Shown here piece after piece: positions 1-13,737 of a DNA stretch of 64,000 bases. Every line of letters starts with the position of its first letter. Positions within the stretch are counted from its first letter, which is position 1. Position numbers and translations under genes: made by a program. Location: NCBI RefSeq assembly GCF_001194135.2, contig NC_068986.1, forward strand, positions 76,615,401-76,679,400. Reading direction: 5' to 3'. The DNA is from Octopus bimaculoides. Taxonomy: Eukaryota. Below the pieces are notes generated by a model. It saw nothing but the letters and a program-made list of their open reading frames with translations. It was not told where the DNA came from and did not search any database.

Positions 1-339
1 TACATCCCATGCAAGCATGGAAAAGTGGGCATTGAAATAATCACGATGATACACACATATTTATATCTACTGTCAAGTTTCTATCAGCTGCTTTCCTCAC
101 CTCTTTGATATCCTCTCATTTTTCTATACTTACCCCCTCTCTATATTCATCATGCATACTAGGAATGGAAGAGGATAGAGAGGTAGGAAAGAGAGACAAT
201 AAAATTACAGCAGTTGGGCATTTTTTATGGAAGATTGCAAATGAAAAATTCTGCTGGTGTAACAATGATGTTTATTTACAATTTTGTGCAATGTCTAAAC
301 AAGGAAGCACAAACATGCTTGCATGCATACACACACACA

Positions 340-628
340 ACGGGTTTCTTTTAGTTTTTGCCTCCTAAATCCACTCACAAGGCTTTGGTTGGCTCAGGAG
401 GACTATAGTAGAAGACTCTTACCCAGTACCATCTGAATGCATGGGCACACTGGGCTGTTGCCTGGGGTCAATAAATAAATACTATAGGGTCCATTGCATT
501 GATTTTCCTGGGGGTTTATCATGCTGCTAAGCTGGCTCTGCACTAACCCAAAGTGCCACATTATGGAATTGATCCTGAAACCATGTTTTTGTGAAGCAAA
601 CTTCTCAGCCACACAACCATGCCTGCAC
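340..628 (-). mobile_element. tRNA-derived SINE (family A in this window), interrupted copy
   Basis: Reverse complement of the core 'ccaaagccttgtgagtggatttggtag' and of the head 'ggctgtgtggt...gcttgct' seen at 1768-2144 and 7240-7629; unrelated sequence interrupts the middle. Confidence 0.65.
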
Positions 629-1314
629 ATACTATATAGACTTAATCTGTTTCTCAGTCAAATCCCCACTTCCTGACTCTTAGCTATCTTCAGCAGAGTT
701 TACTTTGTTTCAAAGATCCAAACCTAATCTCTTACCTGAAGAATACCACCTTCCCACCCTTACTCTTGGAGGGTCTGAAAATTATAATTGGTGCTGTTAT
801 TCCTTCACTCATTAAGCCACGAACAAAAAAAAAAAAGGAAAAAAAAAAAAGCAGAACTTAAATTTCAATTATTTCAATTCAGACATTTAGGTTAAATAAA
901 TTTCTAAATTCAGTTTTCTTTCACTTCTAAATCTGCTGACAACTACTAATTTTAGCTTAATGCTAAATATATATTTTGGATTCTCATTTTCCATGAAGTT
1001 TCATTATTTGAATCATTTCAGTTTAAATTAGTTCATAATAAATCATGATTTTTACCCCGTCTCCTCATTATTAGTTCAGCTGGTTTCATTTATCCTATTA
1101 AATTTAGATGTTTTGCTACATCTACCACATAAAATCTGACACCTCCAACAAATATCTTTTCTCTGTTATGACACATTCTTTTATTGCTCCCACTCATTTA
1201 AATATGGCCATGCTGGGTACCATCTTCAAAGATTCCCAGTTGATTATATTGACTCCAGTACTTATTTCAGATTAGGTTTTTATGTTTTTCTTTAACTTGA
1301 AGGGATCTAACTGG

Positions 1315-1411
<97 letters not shown>

Positions 1412-1517
1412 NNNNNNNNNNNNNNNNNNNNNNNNNNNNNNNNNNNNNNNNNNNNNNNNNNNNNNNNNNNNNNNNNNNNNNNNCACACACACTCTCTCTC
1501 TCTTACTCTCTCTCTTA

Positions 1518-1604
<87 letters not shown>

Positions 1605-1622
1605 CCTCTCTCTCTCTCTCTC
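1315..1622. repeat. (CA)n / N-gap / (CT)n compound microsatellite
   Basis: Directly visible; source of the HT/SL/ER/VC ORFs in the track. Confidence 0.95.
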
Positions 1623-1767
1623 CATGCAACAGGATTCTGCATAGTTCCTATTAAATTTCTTTCATAAAGTGTTGATTAGCTTGAAACTATGAAAGGAGAC
1701 ATTTTTGCAAGGTGCTGTGCTGTTGGATAAGCCTGGATTCAAACTTGAATCTTAATTTCAAGAACAT

Positions 1768-2144
1768 AGGCACAGGAGTGGTTGTGTGGTAAGTAGCTTT
1801 CTTACCGACCACGTTTCCGGTTCAGTCCCACTGTATGGTGCTTTAGGCAATTGTCTTCTACTCTAGCCTCGGGCTGACCAAAGCCTTGTGAGTGGATTTG
1901 GTAGATGGAAACTGAAAGAAGCCTGTCGTATATATATATATGTGTGTGTGTTGGTCCCCACCAACATCGCTTGACAACCGATACTGGTGTGTTTGCCTCC
2001 CTGTAACTTAGAGGTTTAACAAAAGAGACTGATAGAATAAGTACTAGGCTTACAAAGAATAAGTCCTCGGGTTTATTTGCTTGACTAAAAGCAGTGCTGC
2101 AGCATGGCTGCAGTCAAATGACTGAAAGAAATAAAAGAATAAAA
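1768..2144 (+). mobile_element. tRNA-derived SINE family A, full length
   Basis: Head 'aggcacaggagtggttgtgtggtaag...ccggttcagtccc', core 'ccaaagccttgtgagtggatttggtagatggaaactgaaagaagcc', internal (TA)(TG) tract, tail 'gactgaaagaaataaaagaataaaa'; about 10 related copies in the window. Confidence 0.85.
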
Positions 2145-2912
2145 CGTTTCAGTTTAGAGGGGATCAAAGAGGGGCCAAACTACTAATTAATTAGTATTTA
2201 AAATGTTTTTATTCAGTCATTTTGTACCAATCTTTGAATATTTTTTCAACTTGTATATATTCCCATTGTTACTATGACAATTTTCCATGAAACTAATACA
2301 CAGATATTATGGAAACTGTCATTAACCCTTTATGTAAGTGATTTGGTGAAACTATGCAGAGAGATAGGTTCTGTTAGCTAGTAGTTCTGAATGTCATTCT
2401 GCTTTTAAACAGTATAAAAATTCAGTTTTAAAATAGTATTAGTTTTTTATGATTTTCTTTCTTTGCTGCATTGATGACATGTAGTAGCATTAATTAGCAC
2501 ATCGAAAGGATTAACAATGATTTTCTTGTCTTCTCTTTTCAATTCAAACCACTTTGATAAAAACCAAATTATTCATAGATTTTAGAGTCTCTTACATTTC
2601 CCAATTTATTTTTCTATGCTTGCATGGATTGATTATTTTAAAAGTCAAGATATTTTCATTGAATAAGAAATGACATTTTCATAAAATAGTCCTGTTTGTA
2701 ATGAATATGTCATAACTGCAGCGTTACCATAAAACAAGAGAAAAAAATGAAACCTTGTATTGAACTGGCATTTGCACATCTACTGCGATACCAATGTTAC
2801 ATTTAACTTAAACCTATCACAAATCCTAGTATATTAAAAGGAAATTGACCTCATTGCAGGCATCAAATGTATGGCTAACAGAAAAAAGGGAAACTGAGAG
2901 ATTTTTTTTTAA

Positions 2913-3130
2913 CTGTTTAGCATTTAAACTGGCCTTTTCCAGCCAAAATATTCTCCCTATTTTATATTCAAACAAGCCAGATCTAGCCTTTCAGACCTAT
3001 TCTACAATGTCATTCAAAATAAAAAATCACACCATCAAAATCTCAAAGCTATGAGATTATGCATAATTAATTCAAAACAATGTGAATTAATAAACCTTTC
3101 ATTTGACATAGTAATCTGAACACTAAAGGG
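2913..3130 (+). mobile_element. piggyBac-type MITE (family E)
   Basis: TTAA on both sides (2909-12, 3131-34); right end 'cactaaaggg'; internal sequence homologous to 32871-33089. Confidence 0.75.
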
Positions 3131-4139
3131 TTAATAATGATTTGGTTGGGTCAGCAATGAGGTGCTGTGCCAATGACTTTTGTAGGCCCTCTTGGAGAAG
3201 TGACATCAATGAGATTGATAGTCTTCATGTTAGATTTGTTACATGAAGTCATATATCTCATTCAATATCTCTACTATAATGATTTCAATCATTAGACTGT
3301 GGCCATACTGAGGCACCACAGTCAAATGTTTATAATCTGGCTTCTTGACTCCAGTGCTTATTTAGTGTGGNNNNNNNNNNATATATATATATATATATGC
3401 AAAGACAACACAACACGCATATACACACCTTCTGCATGGTTACCCTCTATCAAATTTCATACATAAGGTATTGCAGGAAAACTGTAGGCAGAGAGGAAAT
3501 TTGAGAGGACTGACATTCTTTGAAGTAAAGGATTGGTTAAAATGATTACTGATTCTGGCCAAATTAATGGTGGAAAGAACTCAACCAGTTTTGTGGATCA
3601 GATCTCATTGTAGTTGTTATAGAAGAGCTAACATGATAACTAAAATGGTGGTGGTGATTTTGGTGAGGGTGGTGATGGTGATGGGGATGGTAATGATGCT
3701 GATGGTGGTGGTGGTGATGATTATATTTCATGATGATGAGTGGTTGTTGTGTAGATTTGAAAGAGATGTTATTTTTGTAGCTACTTGTAATTTTTTTCAA
3801 GCCTATCTTCGGCATATGTTTATCAGATTGGTAGTGTGGGTTAAGTTAATCAATGACTTACCTCAATCCAACCAAAAAAAAAAAAAAAAAAATTCTGTCG
3901 TGTCAGAGATGGTGTCTCAACAGGGTTGCTTGACCTGCTAGGAATAGATACACAGTTGAGCAGATCTTTGATCAGGTTTGACATGCAGCTAAACACTGAC
4001 CAATGACAACAAAAACAACTGTGATTAATGTTGCAATATATATGACATTTACCAGAAGAAATATGTCTCTCTATATATTTAAAGCATAATCTAATACATA
4101 TGTCGGTATCTATATATTATATATAAAATTTTATGTGTG

Positions 4140-4199
<60 letters not shown>

Positions 4200-4519
4200 C
4201 ATACATTTAATTCAGTCGACACACAACACACAAAATTTTATATATAATATAGATGTGTGTGTGTGTGAGTGTGTCTGATACAAACAATATATCTGATACT
4301 TTATGATGTAAATATTTTTTTACACTCCCATTGAAAATGAGTAGTAGTAATAGTGGTAGTGGTTGTTGTAGTAGTAGTATAGTAATGGTTTTGCATAAAT
4401 CTTGGTCATTTGTAATATATACTGTCATGTAAACAAGTTGTCTTCTGGGTGTGACCCACAGTAATCTATCTATCTATCTATCTATCTACCTACCTACCTA
4501 CATACACACACACACACAT

Positions 4520-6190
4520 CCCTCCTCTACCTAGCTGAGGTGTGTCTATACTGTATTATCATTATTTCTGTACACCCTTCAGTTATTTTTGTAGGTGGTT
4601 TCAGCATGTGTGGATAATTTGGGCTGAGATATGTCAGTTGGTGCTTCTCCTCTTCACATATTCGTTATTGGTAGTGTACATTCCCAGATCTTTGCATGAG
4701 GTTATTGTCATTTCAACTGTTTCTTTGTGCATTTAGGTTGGCCTGAAATGAGCAAAGAGGATTGTGTTTTAGTTTAGTCATAGTTGTCTTCTGTGGCATT
4801 GTAGATCTGCATAGACATTTTGTGAGTGTTTGTGTCTATAACAGTGAGGGCTGTAAGAGCTGGAGTTTGCTGTGGCAACAAACTATACCCTTCATTTTAA
4901 AGTTGTTTTGGCTCAAAACATAAAGAAGATAGAATATGTTGATCCCTCTAGTTTAAATTACTGTTGACTAATGTAAAATGTTAGACATAACTGTAGACAG
5001 AAGTGGCTTTAGTATCTTTTAGTCGTAACTAATTTTCTTTGTTGTACTTTGTAGCTGGTGATTTTGTAGTTGATTATCAGGTTACATAGGGGAGAATCTG
5101 AAAGATTAACTCTTAACTTTTCCTTTTATTTGTTTGCCTAAGAAGGAATACTAAAAAATGGTGTGTCTATGACCTTTCTAGATAATATGAAGTACCCTGA
5201 GTAGAGTTAGGTATGACAGAATCATTAGAGTATTGGACAAAATATCTTGAAGTACTTGATAACTGCATTTATGTGCTTGCTTGCTTCATGCTCTTACTTG
5301 ATGGGGCTGGGACCATCCCAAGTTAGTGGTCCCAGAGGCGCCATCATATGTAGAGCTGACCAGGTCCACCAGTGCTCTCCATTGCTGGTGGTGCCATGCC
5401 AGCCCCTCTGCATGTTCCAAGATAATGTCGAATCTTTGAAGATCTTCCTTAATCAAATCCAGCTATCTGGTGCAGGGCTTGCTCACCTCTGCTGCGTTGA
5501 ATGAGAGTAAGGCCTTGATTTGATGATCTGGTAAGAGGTAAAGGACATATTTGTACCAACTCATCCAGCAGATAGATATGAGGTGGGATGGGAGGTTGTG
5601 GGCTGATGTGTGTGCACATGCAGTTCTTTGTTAGAACTGGACTTGGTACAGTCTGGATGGCTAAACCTGGAAGGTGATTGACAACATCATCATCTCCCAC
5701 TGCTAAAGGTTATTTGTCACTAACTGTTGGGTGTGCAGAGGAGCTCAACTTGGCAATACCAACCATTGATTGCAGGCTGCAATACTCAAGTTATAGTGGT
5801 GAGTAAACCCTGCCACCAAGTACTTTATGTTCTGTGTTGAAATCTGTCAGAGGGGTTCATCAATAAATTTAAATACCAGTTAACTACTGGGATGGACATA
5901 ACTGATTGTTTCTTTCTCCAAAATTTGTAACCTTATATCATTGTTAGAAATCAATGCATTCTTTGAATTGTTGTTGGTTTGTAGCTCAAGAGAAATCTAG
6001 TTATGAGGATAAAGCAGAGATTAGGACAAAGTATGGTAGCTTGAAGCTGAGCCACTGTAGAGATGATGAAAGGATGGCATCAATGATTGAAGTTAGGTTA
6101 GCAAGTTCAGAAGAACAGAGATTGTTGTAGTAACAGTAGGCTAGTGGCTACATAGTTGATAATAAATGGGAACTCACCTACGAAGCAAAT
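4520..6190 (-). mobile_element. Highly decayed CR1/L2-like LINE relic
   Basis: Only scattered minus-strand peptide hints (e.g. 'CKDLGM' near 4690; endonuclease-like 'VVNHLPGL' near 5680); many stops. Confidence 0.3.
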
Positions 6191-7239
6191 GTCCTTTTAT
6201 TTGATACAATCTCGTATATAGATCACTCTTCCTCCTTGCACCTCACCACACTTCTTATTAGTGCATCCATAGATGCACTATGTATGCAATGCACATGCTA
6301 AATACTTAAAGAAGTACCTACACACACATGAATACACATACTATAATTGCACACATACATTATCATGTATTCTGACATAAAGTTACCTTCTTTACTTTCA
6401 CAATTTTGCTATTGCTCTCATATGCTTGAGACTTCTGTCTTTTCCCTTCACCACTGGACATTCTAGCCTCCAACCATTTTTAACATGGCTTGACACAGAC
6501 TAGAATGTATTTCTCTATAGTTTGCATTTTTATCGTTTTTTTTTTCCACCTGACTTACTGGAGAAGTGCTTAAGCTTGAAATGTCAAAGACACTTCTACT
6601 GTTTTTCTTTCTTGAGTGTCAGTATTTTCACTTTGTCTTTCATGTTGTTGTTTGTGTGTATGTATGTGTGTGTCCTCATCTTAGCTGTATTGGAAAATGT
6701 TCAATATTCACTTACTGGATGCTATACCTATCTCTGTGTCCAATTGTAATATCAAAGAATTTCAGAGCTTACTCATTTTATTCTTCATTTATTGTCAATA
6801 CCATTAAGAGAGTTGAGTAAACACCTAATCTATCTATCTTTATTTATTATATTAAATTTTACACCTGCTTTGAAAATTAGCTTCAATTTATCATTTAGAT
6901 TATATGGTTGTCTTCTCTTTTGATTGTGTAGTAACCACTTCATTTGTCAGCACTTCACTGAAAATAGTTCATAATGATTCAAACAACAATATATCTTACT
7001 AAATTTTCTTTGTCATTTTCTACTGCTGTGCAATATTTCTCAGTATGGCTGACTTTGCCTTTCATCTGTCTGGGGTTAATAAAATAAAAGATTAGTTGAG
7101 TACTGAAGTTGTTCTCATTGTCTGTATACATCAACTACATTTGAAGCCTTTTGCCTATATTATAAAATCATTGTTACAAATTTTATATCACCTGCTTACA
7201 GTGTGCAGGTTAAAATCTATTGAAAATATGTTATTATAT

Positions 7240-7629
7240 AGGTTCAGGCATGGCTGTGTGGTAAGAAGTTTGCTTTCCAAACACATGGTTCTGGGTTCAG
7301 TCTCACTGCATGACATCTTGGACAAGTGTCTTCAACTATAGCCTTTGGTTTACCAAGGTCTAATGAGTGGATTTGGTAGACGGAAACTGAAAGAAGTCTG
7401 TCGTATATTTATGTGTGTGTGTGTTTGTCCTCCAACACTGCTTGATAACTGGTGTGGGTGTGTTTAAATCCCCATAACTTAGCAGTTTGGTAAAAGAGGT
7501 TGATAGAATAAGTACCAGACTTTAAAAAAAAAAAATTATCAGAGTTGAGTCATTCCACTAAAAATTCTTGACGGTGGTGTTCCAGCATGGCTGCAGTCTA
7601 ATGACTAAAACAAGTAAAAGATTAAAAGG
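7240..7629 (+). mobile_element. SINE family A, full length
   Basis: Same head, core and tail as 1768-2144. Confidence 0.85.
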
Positions 7630-10139
7630 ATATTTTCATCATGCCTTTTTTTTTAATGGTGAGAGCGACTTAGCCACTGGAAATTCAGTCTTTTCCATGT
7701 GATACAATGAGACTACAGTTGTTGTTGTTGGCACTCCGTCGCTCTATAAAGAAACTAATTTGTCTTTTAAATATATCCTTAAGCTATATATTCCTTTTAA
7801 AAATAATCTCATGATTAACAATAGAAGTTACAAGTAATTTTAGTGTAAATATGTTAATTTTTGTTGATAAACAATATATTTTTGTCATACTTATCTCTCT
7901 GATTCAGATCAAAGAATAGTTTCTCACAGTAATATATTCTCTAAAATACACTATTTTTCTTTTAATTTGTGTTCTTTATTATACTTCCACTTACTGATTC
8001 TCTCAATACAACTCTGACAAATACATTATTATCTATGCTTAACAAAGGAAATCTCATAAGAATGAAACATGTCTAGAGTTGTCTCATACTTGATAGAATA
8101 ATTAAAATAATGATAGTTATTGATTAATATTGTCTTTTCTTCACTTCATAGTTATGTCTAATTAACTATTTAATGCTCAGTGTACCTGAATATTGTGAGT
8201 ACAGCATTTCGGTGAATGTACTCTAAAGTGGTTTAAATTTTTTTTAGATTTCCTTGTTTGATAAACTTTATCAAAAATATATCCTGATTCCTCTTCGGTT
8301 TGTAAATAATATTCAACTTGAAGATAGATAACTATATGTTATATCCATTGCTATCTCTGCTATCTTCAAATAGAGTCCTTAATTTCCCTCTGTTTGCTAG
8401 ATTCATCTCCTTTAAGTTTGTCTGACATATTAACAGAAGAGATTCAATAGAATGATTTGTTTTCTTTCATTCTAAAATCTCTACACTAATGTTTATTTGT
8501 TTATTCAGTTAGCAATTTAAGTAGCAAAGAATGTTCCCTTGCACCTGTTAGAAAGTTGGGATAACATGTTGGTTTTAATGAAATTAATGTTGATAAACTG
8601 AAAATAGTGAAAATTAGGTGATGTCTGATATCAATGTTGTTAGATGTGAAGTAAGGATAATATGTTGGTATTAGTGATATCAATGTTGCTTGACTCAAGG
8701 TAGGGATAACAAAGTGGTACTAGTGAAATTAATGTTTTGTTTCAGTTGGATGTAGGTGTATGGCTGTGTGGTCAAGCAGTTCGTTTAACAGCTACATAAT
8801 TTCAGTTTCAATCTCACTTCATGGAACTTTGAACAGATGTTTTTTTATTATAACCTTGGGTCAACCAAATCCTGTCTAATGATATTTGGTTGACATAAAC
8901 TGCACAGAAGCCTGTGGGAAGGATCTTTGATGTTGGTTGGGGAGTAGACTTAATTCATTGCCTGTCACTTGCTCCTTGGGCACCTTTAGTAGGGTTCATT
9001 CTGTTGCAGGTCTCTGGTCTGAAGGCAATTCCCTTCTTTCCTCTACCTGTCTCTGAACTCCTGATGAAGGAACTCAGAGACTCTGTTCTTCTTATGACTG
9101 AGCCATAAATAAAAAGATTAGTATACCTTGCTTTTATAGTGAAGGAAATAAAAGAAAAGTATTTAGTGTAGTGGTTTGGAATGTGCTCCACTCTATGGGT
9201 GGTAGATGGCAAAGAGGCAGGTCCATTGTGTTTCATTGGTAATTTCCATTTTTATACAATTGTCCTACTTGTCACCCCAGTTTTGTAACAGCTTGTAGTT
9301 TTCTGATCATAATATATCACTTTCCTCTCAATCATTCTGTTATTTCAGTCTTTGTTCTCTAACTGCTATTATGGCTGCTGTATGCCTAAACAGCTAAATG
9401 TATTTACGACTTAAAAAAGAAAAACCTTTTAAGATCATAGGTTTTATTTAAGGATTGAGAACATTTATAGTCTGTGTTGGCAATAGTCAGGAGATTTAGA
9501 CTTCTATGACTGTGCACATATCTGTCTACTGGCAATATTTTTACACTTTTTTAATTCACCTATTGCATGAACATTAACACCTCCAACAATTATGTCATGA
9601 GCTAACATGGGAACCTCTACATAGTCAATTGTCCTATTAGAAATAGCAGCAAAATTTCACTCAAATGATACCCTGCCATATTTAAAAGGGAAGGATACAT
9701 TGGATAATGTGGTGCTGGGTGCATTGTACCTTGGAAAAATGTCTAGGGTGGTGACTGCTGAAACCCCCCCTTTGATCTTGGGTCTGTTTTGTAAGGACTG
9801 ACTGAAGTTGAACAACAACAGTAATGACAACAACATATAAAGACATATTTCTCATGCTTACAACATATAATGTTAATTTACCAACAAACATTTTTAATGA
9901 ACTAAGTTAGAATTTTTTCCAATTATAGACTTTAGAAAGTAAACAAGTTTAATATTTTCAGGTACGTTATTCTGAGAGTATTGGATCATGATCTAGTTAA
10001 CTGTCACCACCTGGTTCTTGGATTTTCAGTGGTGTCTACTTTGTTGTAAGCGTTTGGGTCAGGTCTACTTCCTCCCTCTTCATCATTGAAAACTTTAAAA
10101 AATGTCATGGCGAAGAGACTGTTCTTCCTCTTCTTATTA

Positions 10140-10370
10140 TATATATATATGTGTGTGTGTGTGTCTTTGGATCTGTGTTTGCTCCCCTACACCACTTGAC
10201 AGCTGGTGTTGATATGTTTATGTCCCTATAACTTAGTAGTTCAGCAAAAGAGACTGAGGGAATAAGTACCAGGCTTAAAATAAAATAACGATAATATTCA
10301 TTTGACTAAAAATGTTCAAGGTAGTGCTCTTGCATGGTTGCAGTCAAATGGCTGAAATGAGTAAAAAATA
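10140..10370 (+). mobile_element. SINE family A, 3' half
   Basis: 'ataacttagtagttcagcaaaagagactga...gaataagtaccaggctt...gcagtcaaatggctgaaa' matches the 3' half of 1768-2144. Confidence 0.7.
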
Positions 10371-10848
10371 ACACACACACACACACACACCATTAAATTG
10401 CTATTATACAGGAACATGTCTGGTGGATTGGAAAAGTAGGTAGAGCATCAAATAAAAATGTCTTGCTGTATTTAATTATGACTATTTTACAATCTGAGTT
10501 CAAATCTTGACAAGACCAGCTTTACTTTCCTTGATTTTAGGGTCAATAAAATATGGACAAGTAGTGGGATAATTGTAATCAACTATAATTCTCTAAAAAT
10601 CTCCCCGACAGATATGAGGCTTTGCAGATAAGTGAAAAACTAATATTATAGACACTTACAAATGAAAATCAATGCAATGGTAATTCAAGTTTATCTTCTC
10701 AACAAAGCATATAATTTTGTTTGCTCTAGTTGGTCTGACATAGAAATACTTCTATTGTATAGTTGAGCAGTTTGCAGTTGGGAAGATCATCCAACTGTAA
10801 AAATAAAAATAAATGAATAACAAAAAAAAAAAAAACCTCCCTTAACTA

Positions 10849-11030
10849 AACACTATCTCATCCATGTAAACTTGTAAAACAATAGTTCCCTGACAAAATG
10901 CCACCTCATCAAGGTAAGTTCTCATCCAGGTATAACAATAGTACTTGAAAAAATACTATCTCAATCAGGTAAGCAGGTATAACAATAGCTCTAACTAAAT
11001 ACCACCTCATCCATTTAAGCAAATAAAAAG
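10849..11030. repeat. Degenerate ~45-bp tandem repeat, about 4 units
   Basis: Recurring 'aaatac(t/c)a(t/c)ctcatccaggtaag...ataacaatag'. Confidence 0.55.
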
Positions 11031-11250
11031 GATAATGAAAGTTTAGAATACCTTATATTGACTACATAATGTTTGATATTTAGAGTAAAATAATCAAAAG
11101 CTTTAATAAAAAAGATACAGAAACAAAATCAATTCTGTTATTTTCATTCTGCTCAACCTATTCTCTTCACATTATTTTTCCACTCTATTCTCCCTACTGA
11201 TTCTTTCCATACCGATCTTTCCACCCTATAAATGAATGTGTTGAAAACTA

Positions 11251-11656
11251 TCTTTATCTTTTACTTGTTTCAGTCATTGGGTTATGGCCAGGTTGGGGCT
11301 CTACCTTGAAAGGTGTTTAGTCAAACATATTGACTAAGTAGAGTACTTATTTTATTTTAGGTCTGATATTTATTCTATTGTTCTCTTTTGCTGAACTAAG
11401 TTATAGTGACATAAACAAACTGACACCAGATATCAAGTAGTGATGGGGGTGGTTGTGGTGGTGGTGGTGGTGGTGGGGAACAAACACAAACATGCTTGGC
11501 TTCTTTCAATTTCTACCTATCAAGTCCATTCACAAGGCTTTGGTTAGCTAGGAGCTATAGTAGAAGAGACTTGTCCATGGTGCCTTGCAGTGAAAATGAA
11601 CCCAGAACCATGTGGTTGGGAAGCAAACTTCTTACTACATAGCCACACCTGTGTCT
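11251..11656 (-). mobile_element. SINE family A, full length
   Basis: Reverse complement of the tail ('cttttacttgtttcagtcatt'), core ('cacaaggctttggt') and head ('cttcttactacatagccacacctg'). Confidence 0.8.
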
Positions 11657-11769
11657 ATATTGCTAAAACAAACAAAAAAATCGAGCTACTTTTTATAAAA
11701 ATCAAGTANNNNNNNNNNNNNNNNNNNNNNNNNNNNNNNNNNNNNTTTGGTCATGAAGGAACATAGGAT

Positions 11770-12040
11770 TGCATCCAGAAAGTTACTCTCTGAGGCACAA
11801 GTCTGGCCAAGGTTGTTTATGGAAGACTAGCAGTCACCCATGCATAGCAGCCTCCCTTCTCCACGCCATCAGTGTTATCCAAGGGAAAGGCAAAGGCCAT
11901 ACAGCTTGGCACCAGTAATGTTGCAACTCATTTCTACAGCTGAGTAAACTGGAGTAATGTGAAATAAAGTGTCTTGCTGAAGAACACAACACACAGCCCG
12001 GTCTAGGAATGGCACCCACCTCCATCCACTCTAGGGCAGC
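11770..12040 (-). mobile_element. Interspersed SINE-like repeat (family D)
   Basis: 'ctggagtaatgtgaaataaagtgtcttgctgaagaacacaac' recurs at about 39210-39265. Confidence 0.5.
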
Positions 12041-13124
12041 ACTGATTGAACAGACTATAAACCAAATGCTTCCAACTGTGACCATCTCATCTTGTTTTCT
12101 AATATGTCCACCAACTTTTATTAAAGGTTGCACTTGGGTGTGATCTGAGGAAGCGTTAACTTGCATGGTCTTGTAGAAACATCTTCTAGTTGAATATGTG
12201 GTAATTAAAAGTCCACAAAGTTAGATGTTGACCTTTTATGTGTGTGCAGAGATATAAAATAATATTTAGATACTAATTGTGTGACTGTGGGAAGTTAGTG
12301 GAAAACATAATCTGAAATCAAATTCTTACTTTACAAAATATTTGCTATTGGAAAAAAGTATTTATATACATTTTCTCACTCATCAACATAACATTGTCTT
12401 GATGTTGAATAAACCAGGTGTTGGAATGTTCAGTTGTATTCATAAGACAAATCATTCTACTTTGCTAAGTTTAGCAACTTATAATACAATGATGTGATTG
12501 GATTACATTTCCCACCACCACCACTGCGTGTGTGCTTTATGTGTGTGTATGTTAATTTATGTGGGATAAACAAGGATCATATACACAAACCATGGTTTTG
12601 TTCCCCTGGCTCTTCAACCAACCGTACACGTCAGCATGTATGATCAACTGAATGGTTGATTAACTAAAATCACAGTCCAGGAATATAATTCTTGTTTATC
12701 TCACATAAATTAACATATTAGCCTCTGCACACTTCCTACATAAGACTGCATTTGGCATTTTTATGTTTTAGTACCCTCATGTGAGTATGATAACTATTAA
12801 CTCACCAGGAAAATAATAAGCGAATTCTGCTGTTTATATACATGAGGTGCTACGTGATATGTTTTTACAAACACTTACTACCAGAAATACATTTGTGTCC
12901 TGAGAAGATAGAGAATACTGTTAGTTTGGTCATTTAATGTTTTACTATGCTAGCATGAATTGGATGCAGCAGTTTACCAATGGATGCTCTGTTGTCAACC
13001 CTAGTTTTTTTTCAAGAAAGGGATTGTTTTTTATTCTACTGTTCTATAAAAGTGCAGAGCAGCCAGTTGTAATGTCGACAAGTATTACTGTGCCTTTGAT
13101 TGTGAAAAAACTCATAAACAAAAG

Positions 13125-13440
13125 CAAAGCTGTGTGGTTAAGAAGCTTGATTCCAACTGTCTTGTGTTGGGTTTAGTCCCACTGTATGGTACCTTGGGTA
13201 AGTGTCTTTGACTAGCCCTGGGTCAACCAAAGCCTTGTGAGTGGATTTGGCAAATGAAAACTGAAAGAAGCCCATCATGTATATGTTTGTATAGGTGTGT
13301 GAGTGTGTATGTTTGTGTGTGTTGCCCCTTGTCTTGACATTGCATGATGTTTGTTAGTGAACATCACCGTCATAGAAGTGACGTCATTTGTTTGCAACTA
13401 TCCAAAAACAAGAAGGGCACCCAGCTGTAAAATTAAGATA
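13125..13440 (+). mobile_element. SINE family A head and core with an alternative tail
   Basis: 'gctgtgtggttaagaagcttg...ccaaagccttgtgagtggatttgg...aaactgaaagaagccc'; tail resembles 27400-27600. Confidence 0.7.
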
Positions 13441-13697
13441 TCTTCCCCCACCTTCCCCACACAATAGCCATTCCTCAAATGCTCTGCTTGTTATATTCAG
13501 AAATGACTCTGATGAAAGTAGCATTAATTTTCTTAGGTTGTTCAATTTGCCTCCTCAGTTGAATAAACTTATCAGTAATGTACTTACAATGACTACTGGA
13601 AACAACTGTAAGTGAAATTTGTTCAAATAAAGGAATTATATGTAATGATCATTATTTTTAACTTGTTTCTTATNNNNNNNNNNNNNNNNNNNNNNNN

Positions 13698-13737
<40 letters not shown>

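Noticed and set aside
1267-1644. ORFs of 70-250 aa over (CA)n, (CT)n, (TA)n, (AAT)n and N-gaps (also 3564-3941, 18058-18430, 36163-36988, 41702-41993, 44096-44414, 53469-54160, 56737-57221)
   Set aside because: Low-complexity translations of microsatellites or runs of N; no coding signal.
12772-12780. Possible 9-nt microexon (ttttag|taccctcat|gtgagt) with upstream TGC motifs
   Set aside because: A rough estimate gives about one such pattern by chance in 64 kb of this composition; no independent support.
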